DNA of 64,000 nucleotides from Raja brachyura. Its lineage: Eukaryota. The notes under the pieces are model-generated. The model did not search any database, had not been told where the DNA came from, and saw nothing but the letters and a program-made list of their open reading frames with translations. Location of the stretch: positions 14,818,001 to 14,882,000 of the forward strand of contig OY740802.1 in NCBI GenBank assembly GCA_963514005.1, read 5' to 3'. Shown piece by piece: positions 26,631-38,152 of the stretch. Numbering within the stretch: position 1 is the stretch's first letter; the number at the start of each line of letters is the position of its first letter. Made by a program: the position numbers and the translations under genes.

Positions 26631-29600
26631 TCTGTTTGTTATCATTTATTCTTAATCTTTACCGTCTTTCACTTTTGATTGAATTTTAGATTGCAGGCAC
26701 ACTAGATTATGATGAACAAAGGCACAGGTGTGGAGAATAATCCAGGAATGGAATTAGCTCGGTGCCCAGTTAATACTGCACTATAGGCTTTCAATCTGAG
26801 TAATTAAGTAGATTTACTGTTCTAACTTTTTAATGTGAGACAGAATATTGAGCTTGGTTTAACACTTCTGGCTCTGATATAGTAACAGTTAATACAACAT
26901 AGTGCTTCCCATCAATAATCACTATGCACATTGATTCTGAGGTTGACGCAGGAAGTGTGGTCAATGTTACTTCCTCCAACAATGCAAATGTGTGAAAGCA
27001 ATATTAGGAACAGGAGGAATCTGTTAACGCTTGAGCCAGTTCTGTCATTCAATGAGATCATGGTTGATATGTGATCCTAGCTTTAAATATCCATATTATT
27101 TTATACCCTCAAGTCTTTGGGAATAAAACTGGTTTTACCATTACAATGACAACAGTTAATTCTGGAGGTATTTAAAGAGAAATTATGTCCTGAATATTTT
27201 CCTTCTAAATATATGGTCTGTGGAACCTATAATATTTCAGGCTTTTGTTTGCTTCTACTTGGGATCGATTTAAAAAAAAATGTTGACCTACTGATGCTAA
27301 AAGTGTGCAATTTAACACATGTCACAGTTAAAAGTTACTTTTAAATTCCTTGCAGTTCTGCACAAATTCTTTTTGGTTGTTCAGCAACATAAATTTACTT
27401 TAAAGATTTTACCGCTGCCATTTTGTCCAATGTGTGGAATTTTTACAGTGGCTGCTAACCTGTGTGAGGGCTTGCTAGTTTTGTTTATCCAAGTTGGCAC
27501 AAAAAACACTTTGCTGGGTCTTTCAATAGTCTGATGTATGTTGTCAGTGTGCCAGGGAGTTTCTACTCGTATGAAAGTATTGCACCTTAAGATTGACGTA
27601 GTGATTTGCTTACCTCAAAAGTAATATTTTGAAAGATCCTAATATCAATGGTTTGACCTCGACATCTGCCCCGGTTATGTGGACTATTAAAGCATCAATA
27701 CTACATGTATCCAGGTGATAAAAGAATTGGGTAGACTCTGTATCCATTGGCTTTGCAATATGCTTGGTAATGCTCAAATACTACATCTGGTCACGGTTTT
27801 TAGACTGCTTTTGACTATTGCAAAAGCTGTTTCTCAAAAGGTATTTTTAATCTTTGATCTGCTTATTTACATGAATCAAACACCAAAAATCCAAATATCT
27901 ATCAATAGGCCAATGGGGGGAAAAAATAGAATTAGCTGTTTCAATAAAATGCCAGAAGAGTAGTTATTTTTAACATACACTTTTTGTGTTGAACCATTTT
28001 TGGGAAGAGCTATTATTCCAACTAAAATGGCCCTGTTTTTTTGTTTTTGGAAAACCTTGATCATTTCTGCAGTTTCTTTCTTGAATACTTATGTATTGCG
28101 GGTCTACTCCACGTATGGACACCATTCCCATGTTTACTGTTGATGGAAATGGATGCATGTGCTTTACCAGATACAAGATATACTCTCTCTCCAGGACAAG
28201 AACAGTGACTTATTTTGAAACTTTTAAGTACAGGACCAGTATGTTGCAACAGAATAATAATGGGCTGTGTTGTAAACTTGGCAGATCTGTAAGGACCACC
28301 TGCTGTACAAAGCACTTTGTGTGCAGTTAGGTTCCAACAGTACCATCACAAATGAATTGAGAAATACTGCTGCAATTTCTCTTTTTTTTCTCTCTCCTCT
28401 CAACAGTTGTGTCAGATTTTCACAGCACAACAGTACACTGATTTAAAAATGTGTCCAATGTACTTGGTTATTTCACCACCACAGTCGTTTTGTCCTGTCG
28501 TGTTCACTCAAAGGTTCAGATTGCAATACATAAAGTAACTCTTAGCTGAGACTTAGTGGACCCTGAAAGTTGTTGCCTGACTAATTGAAAGAACACATAG
28601 GATTTTCTCTGTTCTCAGAATCAAATAATAGTTTTTTTTAAAGGACTATTGTACATGTGGATGTTATTGTAGCAACATGCCTGCATAGGTTATTTGGCTG
28701 AATGGCATTATTTGAGGAGAGAAAGAAAACTATTCAACCTAGTTTTGAATTGGAGTCCTAGGGACTTCTGTACTCCACTTCATGAACCTAGTATTTCAGT
28801 AACTAATTAGGGTTAAAGATTTGTTATGTAAAGCTTTAAGTGGCCAAGTGTGAAAATTTGACATCTAGAAAGAAGCCTTTAAAATATTTTATCTTAAAAT
28901 TATCATTGTGGCAGTAGCATAACTTGAAGTTTTTAACTGGTACTTTTTTTAATTGTCAAAATGTGTGTTTGTAAATGTTTCAAACTTTTATTTGAGTATT
29001 CTCACTTTGTTCTTGTCCTTTTTGGTTTAAACTCCCATTTTGAATTTTATACCAGTCTCTATTTATGACTTCCTGTAATAATCAGAAGTGGTTATAGTTT
29101 GGTCACAAAATTCCTGACCCACACATGCTGAGCAACACAAAGTGCATTATACATTCAAACTACCACATTGTTCCTGCTGATGTTGGTTCTTTTGAATAAG
29201 GGATTTCCAGATACCCAAGGTCTGCTAGTATTCATGCTGACAAATATTTGTCAACTTGTTGGACTTTGAATATGAATTGGCAGAGGAATCTGAGGATAGA
29301 TAATCCCTCTGCGGTGTGATTGCACAATTGATCGTAGTTTTTGTAGAAAACATGCCTAGTAAGATATTGAATGTAGCCAAACAGTGTACTAAAATGTGAG
29401 GTGTATGAATGTACTAAACCACTTGGTCGTTAAGTACACAGATACCCTTTAATCTTGAGTGACAGTGGTGAAGATGAAAGTTGCATTCTGTGATGAGAGT
29501 GGGTGGATTTGTTTTATTGAAGGCAATGTCATCAAAGTTGAGAGTTCAGAGTTGCAAAAAAAATAAAACCTTTAGGATTTATACTGCTGTCATGGGCCGC

Positions 29601-30434
29601 ATAAGGGTTTAATTTTCTGAAGTGGATGCAGGTTGCACAAGCTTTGTTTTACACACAATCACTGAGCACATACAATAACAAGCAAATAGTTATGCCCAAC
29701 ACTGTCTGCATGAGTAAACTGAAATGCTTTTTGACTCTGAATAAATTTGTTTTCAGTACATTAATTGTCTTTCCATTACAAATTTAGAAAATAATGTGGT
29801 CCATATACATTAAACGTTTGTATCATTTTTTTTTAAAAGAGACTACTGTATCACATACGTTGACACTTCTGCTTTCCACACTCAGTGGGCCGAATCGAAG
29901 TGACTGATGACAGCCGTTCTCTAAGACACAGCAGCTGCGAGTTGTTCAGACCTCTTGGACTTGTGTACATGCTTAGCCCAATGGAGAAGCTTGAACTGAC
30001 CCAGAGGTTAGATCCCAGTGCCCCTGACCTCTTGTTTTACTGCTGGACTCTCCTTTTGATGGCCACAGTGGAGCACTAACTGTGTGTATGTTCTCCGTAC
30101 CTTCCTATTCCCCATTTCACTTTTTAGTGTTTAATTATGCACCAGTATTTTAAATAGTTTATTTGATTAGTTTTAATATCTTTTGATCGGTGAAATTATA
30201 AAATCCTTTGACAGTGGCTATCTGGGTGCACTGGGGTCTATGCAGTTGTTTGGCTGAAGCCTATCTACTGCATAGAAATCATTCCAACCGCATAGTGGCC
30301 TTGCCCCATTCCTAAATAGTCTTCCCAAGGATATTTGCACTGATCGGTTCCTTTTACATTTGTGCTTTATTGTAAGGGCAGTGACTTTGACTATTCACCT
30401 TTTTTTTGAAAGCCACATCATTATCCATTTCACT

Positions 30435-30637
30435 GTTTAAGAAGGAACTGCAGATGCTGGAAAATCAACGGTAGACAAAAATGCTGGAGAAACTCAGCGG
30501 GTGAGGCAGCATCTATGGAGCGAAGGAAATAGGCAAAGTTTCGGGTCAAAACCCTTCTTCAGAGGGTTTCGACCCAAAGCGTTGCCTATTTCCTTCGCTG
30601 CCTCACCCGCTGAGTTTCTCCAGCATTTGTGTCTACC
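30435..30637. mobile_element. Near-complete palindromic family copy; minus-strand hammerhead core at 30531-30563
   Basis: Long inverted arms. The minus strand reads CTGAAGA-A-GGGT-tttg-ACCC-GAAA-CT-TT. The plus-strand motif lacks CTGAAGA and has GAAA changed to AAAG. Confidence 0.85.
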
Positions 30638-31539
30638 ATCCATCTCACTGTACTGGTTTGGAACTAAGATTATGGGAGGAATCAACACTGCAGATTGTAA
30701 GAGAGCTTACTTTTTTTCTTGGAGCACTTAATTATAGTGTCACCAAGTGGCAGAATTTGGAATTGCAGACGTAGGGTTTTGTTATTTTCTGGTGTTAATT
30801 TTTGAACACAAGTTAGCCATTTTATTTTAAGACCATAACCACCACCCTTCCACACAAGGTCCTTTCACTCTTCCAAATCTACTACTCTCGACTCCATAAC
30901 CTAAACTTTTCTCTGTAACTCTGGATGTGGCAATGATCTTGATTTTCATTTCCTACTTCCTACTGCAGCACCGTGACCTTGAATTTGCCCTTGTCAGCAG
31001 GTGTAACAACAAAATCAGGGATGATGTCCTTGTTGGTAATTTAACCGTTGCCTTGTGGAGGTTGAATGGTTATTATAGTCCCTCTGGGGCATCAAGCTCT
31101 GCTTTCTCATATTATTGCTGGACTCTACCTTGCAGATAAAATGTTTTAAAGATGTTTGAACAATACAGGCACCTTATCTTTTACGTATGTTTGATTTTGT
31201 GCATTTTTGAAATAACACTCTTGTTCAATTAGTACAAAAAGCTAATTTACATCCTAATTTAAAAAAAGAACATGCTCATATGTTTGCCTGTGTAAATGTG
31301 TTTGATTTGTATGTTTTTGAATTAAACGCTGCTTTTCAGGAGCGTTATCCCTACATAAAACACAAGGTGTTTATACTTGCATGGGAAGGGTGTGGAGGGA
31401 TCAAGGCCGAATGGAGGCGTGTGATTATTGTAGATGGGTATCATGGTTGGCATTGATGAGGAGAGATGAATGGGTGCGTTTCGATGGTTCTGAAGAATGG
31501 ACTCTGTTGGAATTGTTTGTCCCATTTCTGCTAGCACTC

Positions 31540-32470
31540 ATCCCCATGACTTCCAAGTCTGCAATTCCATCACCCTCCATATTCAATGGATTGCTTCCCG
31601 TGTACTTTCGTCATACCACCAGAAAACACATTGTCCCCTGTTCCTTTCATTATCATTTGGAACATTCTTGATTGCCCCACAAACCATTGCACTGGCCTTG
31701 CAAGTGCTGGAGATGCTGTGCCATTTCCTCTTCCTCAAGGCCCCAAACACTCCTCCCAAGTGAAGCAATAGTTAACTTGGGTGGAACTTAGCACAAGATC
31801 TCTTGCACTGTTAACTTGAGGAACTGCAACCACCTTATCTTTTCATTTACACCACATTTATTCTGAATTCAAATTGAGTTTGCAATTTTAGAATACGCCT
31901 ACTACTTCCATTAACTACTCGCAACCTTTTTTCCTATTATTGTTGTGTTTAGTTTAGAGACACAATGTGGAAACGGGTCCTTCGTCCCACCGTGTCTGCA
32001 CCGACCAGTGATCCCCGCACATTAACACTATCCGACGCACACTCGTGACAATTTACACTTGTACCAAGCCAATTAACCTACAAACCTGTACGTCTTTAGA
32101 ATGTGGGAGGAACGGAGAGAATGTACAAACTCCGTACAGACAGCACCCGTAGTCGAGGTCGAACCCAGGTCTCTGGTGCTGCAAGCGCTGTACGGCAGCA
32201 ACTGTACAACTGAGCCACCGAGCCACCCTCTAGCATGGACATTGGTTTTAATACTTCTGTCATTCTACTCAATAGTGTCCATTCTGTACTTAATTCTCCA
32301 TTCCACACAGTGCAAACTGCCCTCTCCCAATTGACTTATTTCTTTCTTTGCATTGACTAATAAATTGCCTATCAAAATTCTTCCAGTTCTACAGGAGGGA
32401 ATTTGACCTGAAAACATTTTTCTCTGCACAGATGCTGCTCAGTCAGCAAAGTTGAAACATTTGTTTTATT
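31540..32470 (+). mobile_element. Decayed Penelope-like retroelement 3' portion (ORF remnants plus terminal repeat), split by a SINE
   Basis: Frameshifted remnants in the order I recall for vertebrate PLE ORFs: TLHIQWI..FRH..HI, QGPKHSSQVKQ, LEE..HLIF, IEF..FR. These are followed at 32370-32470 by a degenerate single copy of the hammerhead-bearing arm (gacctgaaaacatttttctctgcacagatgctgc). Confidence 0.55.
31947..32228 (-). mobile_element. HE1/V-SINE-like SINE
   Basis: Minus strand GGGTGGCTCGGTGGCTCAG..CCTGGGTTCGACCTC..GCTGTCTGTACGGAGTTTGTAC, with a tail ending CTCTAAACTAAAC. Confidence 0.85.
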
Positions 32471-32524
32471 GAACAATTAAAAGCTGACAGAATGACCAAA
32501 ATAAACATGCACAACTTTTAGTGC

Positions 32525-32622
32525 CAGTCTGTCTGAAGAAGGGTCCCAACTCAAAATGTTGCATATCCATGTTCTCTAGAGATGCTGCCTGACCAGCTGA
32601 GTTACTCCAGCATTCTGTGTCC
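32525..32622 (+). mobile_element. Single arm of the palindromic family (plus-strand hammerhead, GAAA changed to AAAA)
   Basis: gtCTGAAGAAGGGTCCCAACTCAAAATGTT..GAGATGCTGCCTGACCAGCTGAGTTACTCCAGCATT. Confidence 0.75.
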
Positions 32623-33371
32623 TTAAGTGGCAGTCAGCTTGTTTAGAAGTTAGTAAAAACCTATTGTGATGTGTTTAGTAATATTTCAACTGAAATTGAA
32701 ATAAGGGCTTTTTAAGGGGGGGGGAAAAATGTTAGTGAACATTTAATATTTATCACCAGCTTCATGTCTACTGAGACTTTTGGATAAAGTATTCGTGCAA
32801 TGGTGGTGCAAAACAACTTGGACAATAACTTAAGTGTTTTTTCTATTGCAAACCATTAAGATGCTGTTAAAGAGAAGTTGGGTTTAACTTGCATTTGGAC
32901 AGTTGGTGCTTTATCATTACGATTGCAAAATCCAGTGAGCTCCAAAGAGGGAAAAAAAGAGTCAAATAAACAGGTCTCCATTTCAGTAGAAGCCACTGCA
33001 GAAATGAATGTTTACTGAGTTCTGTGATGAGCTGTCCTCTGGTCTATAAAGAGCAACTTGATTCAGATTTTCTAATCTTTGTTCCCGACATTTATATAGC
33101 AGTGGAAAGTAATTCTATGTATGTGGAAAGTGTTACTGTTTTGATTATGGTTAGACAAGTAGTTCCAACGTTTTTTGTTTTTTTTAAAGTGCTAAAGCAT
33201 AATTTTAAACCAGATGTTTGTGGAAGAGTGACAATTTTGATTCAGTTTTTGAATGCTCTGTGTTCTGCTTTCAGCATTTGGAACTTCTACATCACTAAGT
33301 GCAAGGAAAGGGACAAGCCAGGTGCTCAAGCTTGAAATCGAAGCTCTAAGGCTTTCTATTGTCTCAATGTG

Positions 33372-35130
33372 ATGAGAATACAATATCAAGACGACCAAGA
33401 AAGAACATCTGAAGAAGAGCTTATGCCTTGGTTTACTGACCAGCCGCATGAATTTGTGGTAAAGCCCTCAGAGAGCGTGATAATGAAAACATCTGGTGTC
33501 CAAGACGACGATGTAAACGCAACGCTCGATTTTACGGATGCAAAAAATTCGTTTGAACACCACTGTTCAATTTGTGATCAATACTTTCCTTTTAGCAGTC
33601 TTTTGGCACAACACATGACCATGCACACAAATAAAAAGCCATTTAACTGTCCCTTCTGCAACCATAAAACTTCTCAAAAAGCCCATTTGAAAATTCACCT
33701 CCGAAAGCACAAACTAGACCATTTACAAGGAGAAAAAATGGGAAGGAATAAGGCCAACTTGTCGCCCATAAATTTTGATATCGCACATCCGGTGTCTGAT
33801 GGTATCGCGACTAATGAGGCAGGTGTGACTGAGATTGATGTTAAACCGGTTAACGGCGTTACTTTGTCCCTTGAGAGCTTGGAAGGAAAGGTAGTCCAAG
33901 CTGAAGCGTGCCCACCTCTCCCGTGTATGTTCTGCAAAAAAAGCTTTCAACACTCAGATGATCTCCATCACCATGTGGTCATTCAGCACAAGCCTACACT
34001 CTGTGAGCCAGCAGTCCTTCGAGTAGAGGAAGGTTTGAGCCCCGTTGAAGAGGGGCATGACGCTGTAAGTTCTCCAGAACAGGAGGCAATGGATGAAAAT
34101 GATGATGGTGAGCTGAGCTGCAAAGTTTGTGGCCTGTCCTGTGAGAGTGCTTTGAGCCTGGAAACTCACATGAGGAAACACAAGGATTCCTTTACCTATG
34201 GCTGCAATGTATGTGGCCGGCGTTTTAAGGAGCCTTGGTTTCTAAAAAACCACATGAGGACACACTCGAGTAAAGCCAAGGGAAAATCGCAGCAGGATCC
34301 AGAAGGTCCTGCAACGATCAATAATGTTGCTATGCAGGAGCCAATTTTGGGGAACGCTGCTTCTCCCTACAAAATGTGTATGGTGTGCGGATTTCTTTTC
34401 CCTAACAAAGACAGCTTAAAGGAACACAGCAAAGTTCACAACAAAGATTTGACGGAGAAGTTGGATGATCACTCCATAAATCCAGAACCCGCTCTGTCGC
34501 AGGATGGATTCCTACAGATGCTGAATTTGAGTCCTTTCCTGTCGCAAAATTGTAACAAATCTGCAAAGCTGGGGAAATGGATACCTGAGCTTGATCCCTT
34601 CAACACCTACCAAGCTTGGCAACTGGCCACTAAAGGGAAAGTGGCAGTAGGCCGTGAGAATGTGAAAGATCCAGGGCAAATAGCAAACTCTGAGAATGAG
34701 GAGGAACCGTCGGACAAAGAGGATTCCAGTGAACAATGGGCCATGGATAAAGCCAATCAGGGTACGACCTTGGAGAATCTTGACAAGGCTAAAATCAAGC
34801 ACAACGGCGTAGGGCAGAATGGGTCGCCTCCATTGGGAGAAGTGGATGTTGATCCAAAATTATCTCAGAACAAACTTAAACCAACCAACTGCACAGTATG
34901 TGGTAAGATATTCAGAACCTACCATCAGTTAGTGCTGCACTCCAGAGTACACAGGAAAGGCAGGAAAAGTGTGGAGAATCCATCAAGTTCAGTCGATGGT
35001 GGTGATCCTGGCACTCAGTCGATAGACTCTATCACAGGGGTGGAAGACCGCAGCCCAGGGACTGACAAGCCTGAGGAAGGCTCTGAAGAGGGCTCAGAAG
35101 ATGGAGTACTAGGCGAAGGACCTTCATCAG
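33372..35130 (+). CDS. znf217: Zinc finger protein 217 orthologue, coding exon 1 (7 C2H2 fingers)
   Basis: Open frame with ZNF217-diagnostic blocks recalled from the human protein: CMFC..F.HS.DL..HV..QH.PTLCEPAVLRVE, HKDSFTYGCNVCGRRFKEPWFLKNHMRTH, KWIPELDPFNTYQAWQLATKGKVA, CGKIFRTYHQLVLHSRVH. In-frame upstream stop at 33333-33335 and first ATG at 33372 (the ORF-track start at 33369 is GTG). Donor CAG|GTAGGT at 35130/35131, phase 1. The 5' acceptor is uncertain (AG ending 33189 or 33274). Confidence 0.93.
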
Positions 35131-35179
35131 GTAGGTGGCTATAAGTCCATTGAACATCTGTGTTATGCTATTTGTCATT

Positions 35180-35417
35180 GTGACAAACATAGTGTTGGAG
35201 TAACTCAACAGGACAGGCAGCATAGGTGATGTTTCAGAAAGGGCCCCAACCCGAAACAAAACCTGTCCATTTTCTCCAGAGATACGATACAACTCTATTT
35301 ATCCCAGAGAGAAATTGGTCTGCCATCAGTCAAAATATACAGTTACAAAGCGTTGTAACTGCCTGACCTGTTGAGTTACTCCAGCACTTTGTCTTTTCAT
35401 TTTGTCTGCAGTTCCTT
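35180..35417. mobile_element. Palindromic family copy interrupted by an unrelated ~75-bp retroposon tail
   Basis: Arms GGAGTAACTCAACAGGACAGGCAG and CTGCCTGACCTGTTGAGTTACTCC. The insert GATACGATACAACTCTATTTATCCCAG lies at about 35283-35357. Starts 50 bp after the exon 1 donor. Confidence 0.7.
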
Positions 35418-35610
35418 GTGACTCATTTTTAAACTTGCATTTATCAGCCATTTGGTCTTCTATGTAGACATCTATGTAGACATTTGCCACTTTTTTTTGA
35501 TTATTTTTCTTTTTGGTATTCCTGCAGTCAAATAATTCATAGACTTTAAAATTGCCCAACTCTAGCATATAATCATTGAGAGTAGTGGACACACCCAATA
35601 CATAAGTTTC

Positions 35611-36359
35611 AAGTTGGGAAAAGGGGAAGTACAATGGGATCTGGGGGTCCTTGTTCATCGGTCAATGAAAGTAAGCATGCAGGTACAGCAGGCAGTGAAG
35701 AAAGCGAATGGCATGTTGGCCTTCATAACAAGAGGAGTTGAGTATAGGAGCAAAGAGGTCGTCATGCAGTTGTACAGCGCACTAGTGATACCACACCTGG
35801 AGTATTGTGTGCAGTTTTGGTCCCCAAATTTGAGGAAGGACAGTTTTGGTCTCCAAATCTGAGGAAGGGCATTCTTGCCATGGTTCACAAGGTTAATTCC
35901 CAGGATGGCAAGATTGCCATATGCTGAGAGAATGCAGCGGCTGGGCTTGTATACTCTGGAATTTAAAAGGATGAGAGGGGATCTTACTGCAACATATAAG
36001 ATTATTAAGGGTTTGGACATGCTGGAGGCAGGAAACATGTTCCTGATGTTGGGGGAGTCCAGAACCAGGGGCCACCATTTAAGAATAAGGGGTAAGCTAT
36101 TTAGAACGGAGGTGAGGAAACACTTTTTCACACAAAGTTGTGAGTCTGTGGAATTCTCTGCCTCGGAGGGCGGTGGAGGCTGGTTTTCGGGATACTTTCA
36201 AGTGATAGCTAGATCGGGCTCTTAATGATAGCGGAGTCAGGGGCTATGGGGAGAAGGCAGGAACGGGGTACTGATTGGGGATGATCAGCCATGATCACAT
36301 TGAATGGCGGTGCTAGCTCTAAGGGCCGAATGGCTTACTCCTGCACCTATTGTCTATGT
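35611..36359 (+). mobile_element. CR1 LINE 3' fragment (frameshifted)
   Basis: [35 protein letters not shown], followed by the same 3'UTR as the 11-13 kb copy. Confidence 0.92.
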
Positions 36360-36519
36360 GGTGGAACATTTGGTGCTGTTTGAGACCCACTGAGGTGGTT
36401 TGGGCGCATATCATTAAAAAAGTAAAAGAGACAAGACCATGGGCTCGCAGGTTTGAGATGCTTGTGGATGAGTGTTGTGGATTGATAGAAAGGTTGAAAG
36501 TACGTTCTAGAGGATGTAA

Positions 36520-37205
36520 AGGGCCTGTCCCACTTGCGCGTTCTTGGCTTGCAAATTACGCGACCTCATGGTCGCGTTGAGCCGAGACAGTCGAGCGAAG
36601 GTCGGGCACGATTTCATGCATACGCACAGCCGTCTGGAGTGCGTGACGTCTTTTGAAGATGGACACCAAGCTGGAGTAACTCAGCGGGACCGGCAGCAAT
36701 TCTGAAGAGAAGGAATGGGTGACATTTCGTGTTGAGACTCTTATTCAGTATGAAAGAAGGCTCTTGACCCGAAACGTCACCCATTGCTTCTCTCCAGAGC
36801 TGCTGTCGGTCCCGCTGAGTTACTCCAGCATTTTGTGTCTATCTTCAATTTTCTTGGCCGTGCTCTGGGAGCAGAAGTGGGGGTGGATCCGGACCGCAAC
36901 GGCTGTGAGCCCCAGGCCGAGTTCGGCAATCGTTTGCCTGCTTCTGCTTGAAGGTGAGACGTTGCTTCGAGCCAGGGTCATGGGCCTGTTCCACTTTGGC
37001 CGGCCAGTTCTGCGACCGGCTGTTGGCGCGCGAAGATTTCGTTCACTGCAAGAGTTTTGGAGCCCCGCGTGATGTCGGGAACTACATACCTCTCCGCGCT
37101 TCTAAGTGGGACCTGCCCCGCGCGGCCATATGGTGCCCGTGCGCCTCAAGCGACCACGAGGTCGCGTAATTTGCGAGCCAAGGACGCACAAGTGAGACAG
37201 GACTT
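36520..37205. mobile_element. Non-autonomous PIF/Harbinger-type DNA transposon (MITE) with ~62-bp TIRs and TAA target duplication
   Basis: TAA|AGGGCCTGTCCCACTTGCGCGTTCTTGGCTTGCAAATTACGCGACCTC ... GAGGTCGCGTAATTTGCGAGCCAAGGACGCACAAGTGAGACAGGACTT|TAA. CpG-rich and non-coding. Confidence 0.8.
36655..36846. mobile_element. Palindromic family copy nested inside the Harbinger-type MITE
   Basis: Arms GAAGATGGACAC..GCTGGAGTAACTCAGCGGGACCGGCAGCA and TGCTGTCGGTCCCGCTGAGTTACTCCAGC..GTGTCTATCTTC. The centre retains GACCCGAAACGTCACCC. Confidence 0.85.
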
Positions 37206-37254
37206 TAAGGCACTGAATTCGGAACAAGAAATCTTGTCCCAAGGGATTGGTGCT

Positions 37255-37640
37255 GGTTTATTATTTTTGCGTGTACTAAGATACAGTGAAAAATATTTTG
37301 TTTTGCATGCTATCCAGGCAAATACCATACGCGAATGCGTTCATTCAAGTCACACCCAAGCATGTACAAAGAGAAAAATACCAAAGTGCAGAATATAGAG
37401 TTATTGCAATATAGTGTTACATAAAGATCCAAGGTCAACAGTGAGGCAGTTTGGAAGACAGGAACTACACCCTAGCTTATGGGAGATCTGTTCAGTAGTC
37501 TAATAACAATGGGGAAGAAGCTGTTCCTGTAATGTACTTTTAAGCTTTGTATCTTCTGCCTGATGGGAAAGGGGAGAAGAGGGATTGACTGTGGTCTAAG
37601 TGGTTCTGGACTTTTGGCTGCCTTCCCAAGATCACTTATT
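37255..37640 (-). mobile_element. Rex1/Babar-type LINE 3' fragment
   Basis: Minus-strand NSFFPIVIRLLN C-terminal motif followed by a 3'UTR ending near AATAA. Related fragments at about 18000-18480, 46655-46880 and 49113-49400. Confidence 0.6.
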
Positions 37641-38034
37641 TTGTGATGATATGCATAACTGGCCATGGAATGTCACTTGAGGGGCTACTGCAGCATAGTT
37701 GGGGAGCGCTGGGACTGCCCAGGCAAGGGTTTGATGAAGGCTGATGGGGTAGTGCTGTGCTCCCAGTGCGCAAAGGGCATCTTGGGATCTGAGGTGGGTA
37801 TTAATGAGTCAGTTGAGCCTGCGATCAATAGGTGTACAGTTCAGGAAAGATTGGATTGGGAAATCAAACCGCAGATGACTGTTCTTTGGGAAGGTGTGGG
37901 TGGGGTGGATGGAGGTGAATAAAGGAGAATGGATAAGTATTTGTGCAAAAATATTCTAATTTTGTGCACATCAACGGCACAGAATGTTAGATCTGGAGAG
38001 GAACAGTTTGTAATGAAGTGAGCATTTAAAAAAC

Positions 38035-38152
38035 CTGCACCTACTGGAAATCTGAAATAAAAACAGAAAATGCTGGAACCTCTTAACAGGTCTGGTAACA
38101 TCTGTAGAAAGAGAAACTGGTCACATTTCAAGTTGGAGAATTTTTGTCAGAG
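38035..38152 (-). mobile_element. Old single arm of the palindromic family
   Basis: CTGGAAATCTGAAATAAAAACAGAAAATGCTGGAA..CAGGTCTGGTAACATCTGTAGA..CATTTC..GTCAG. Confidence 0.6.
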
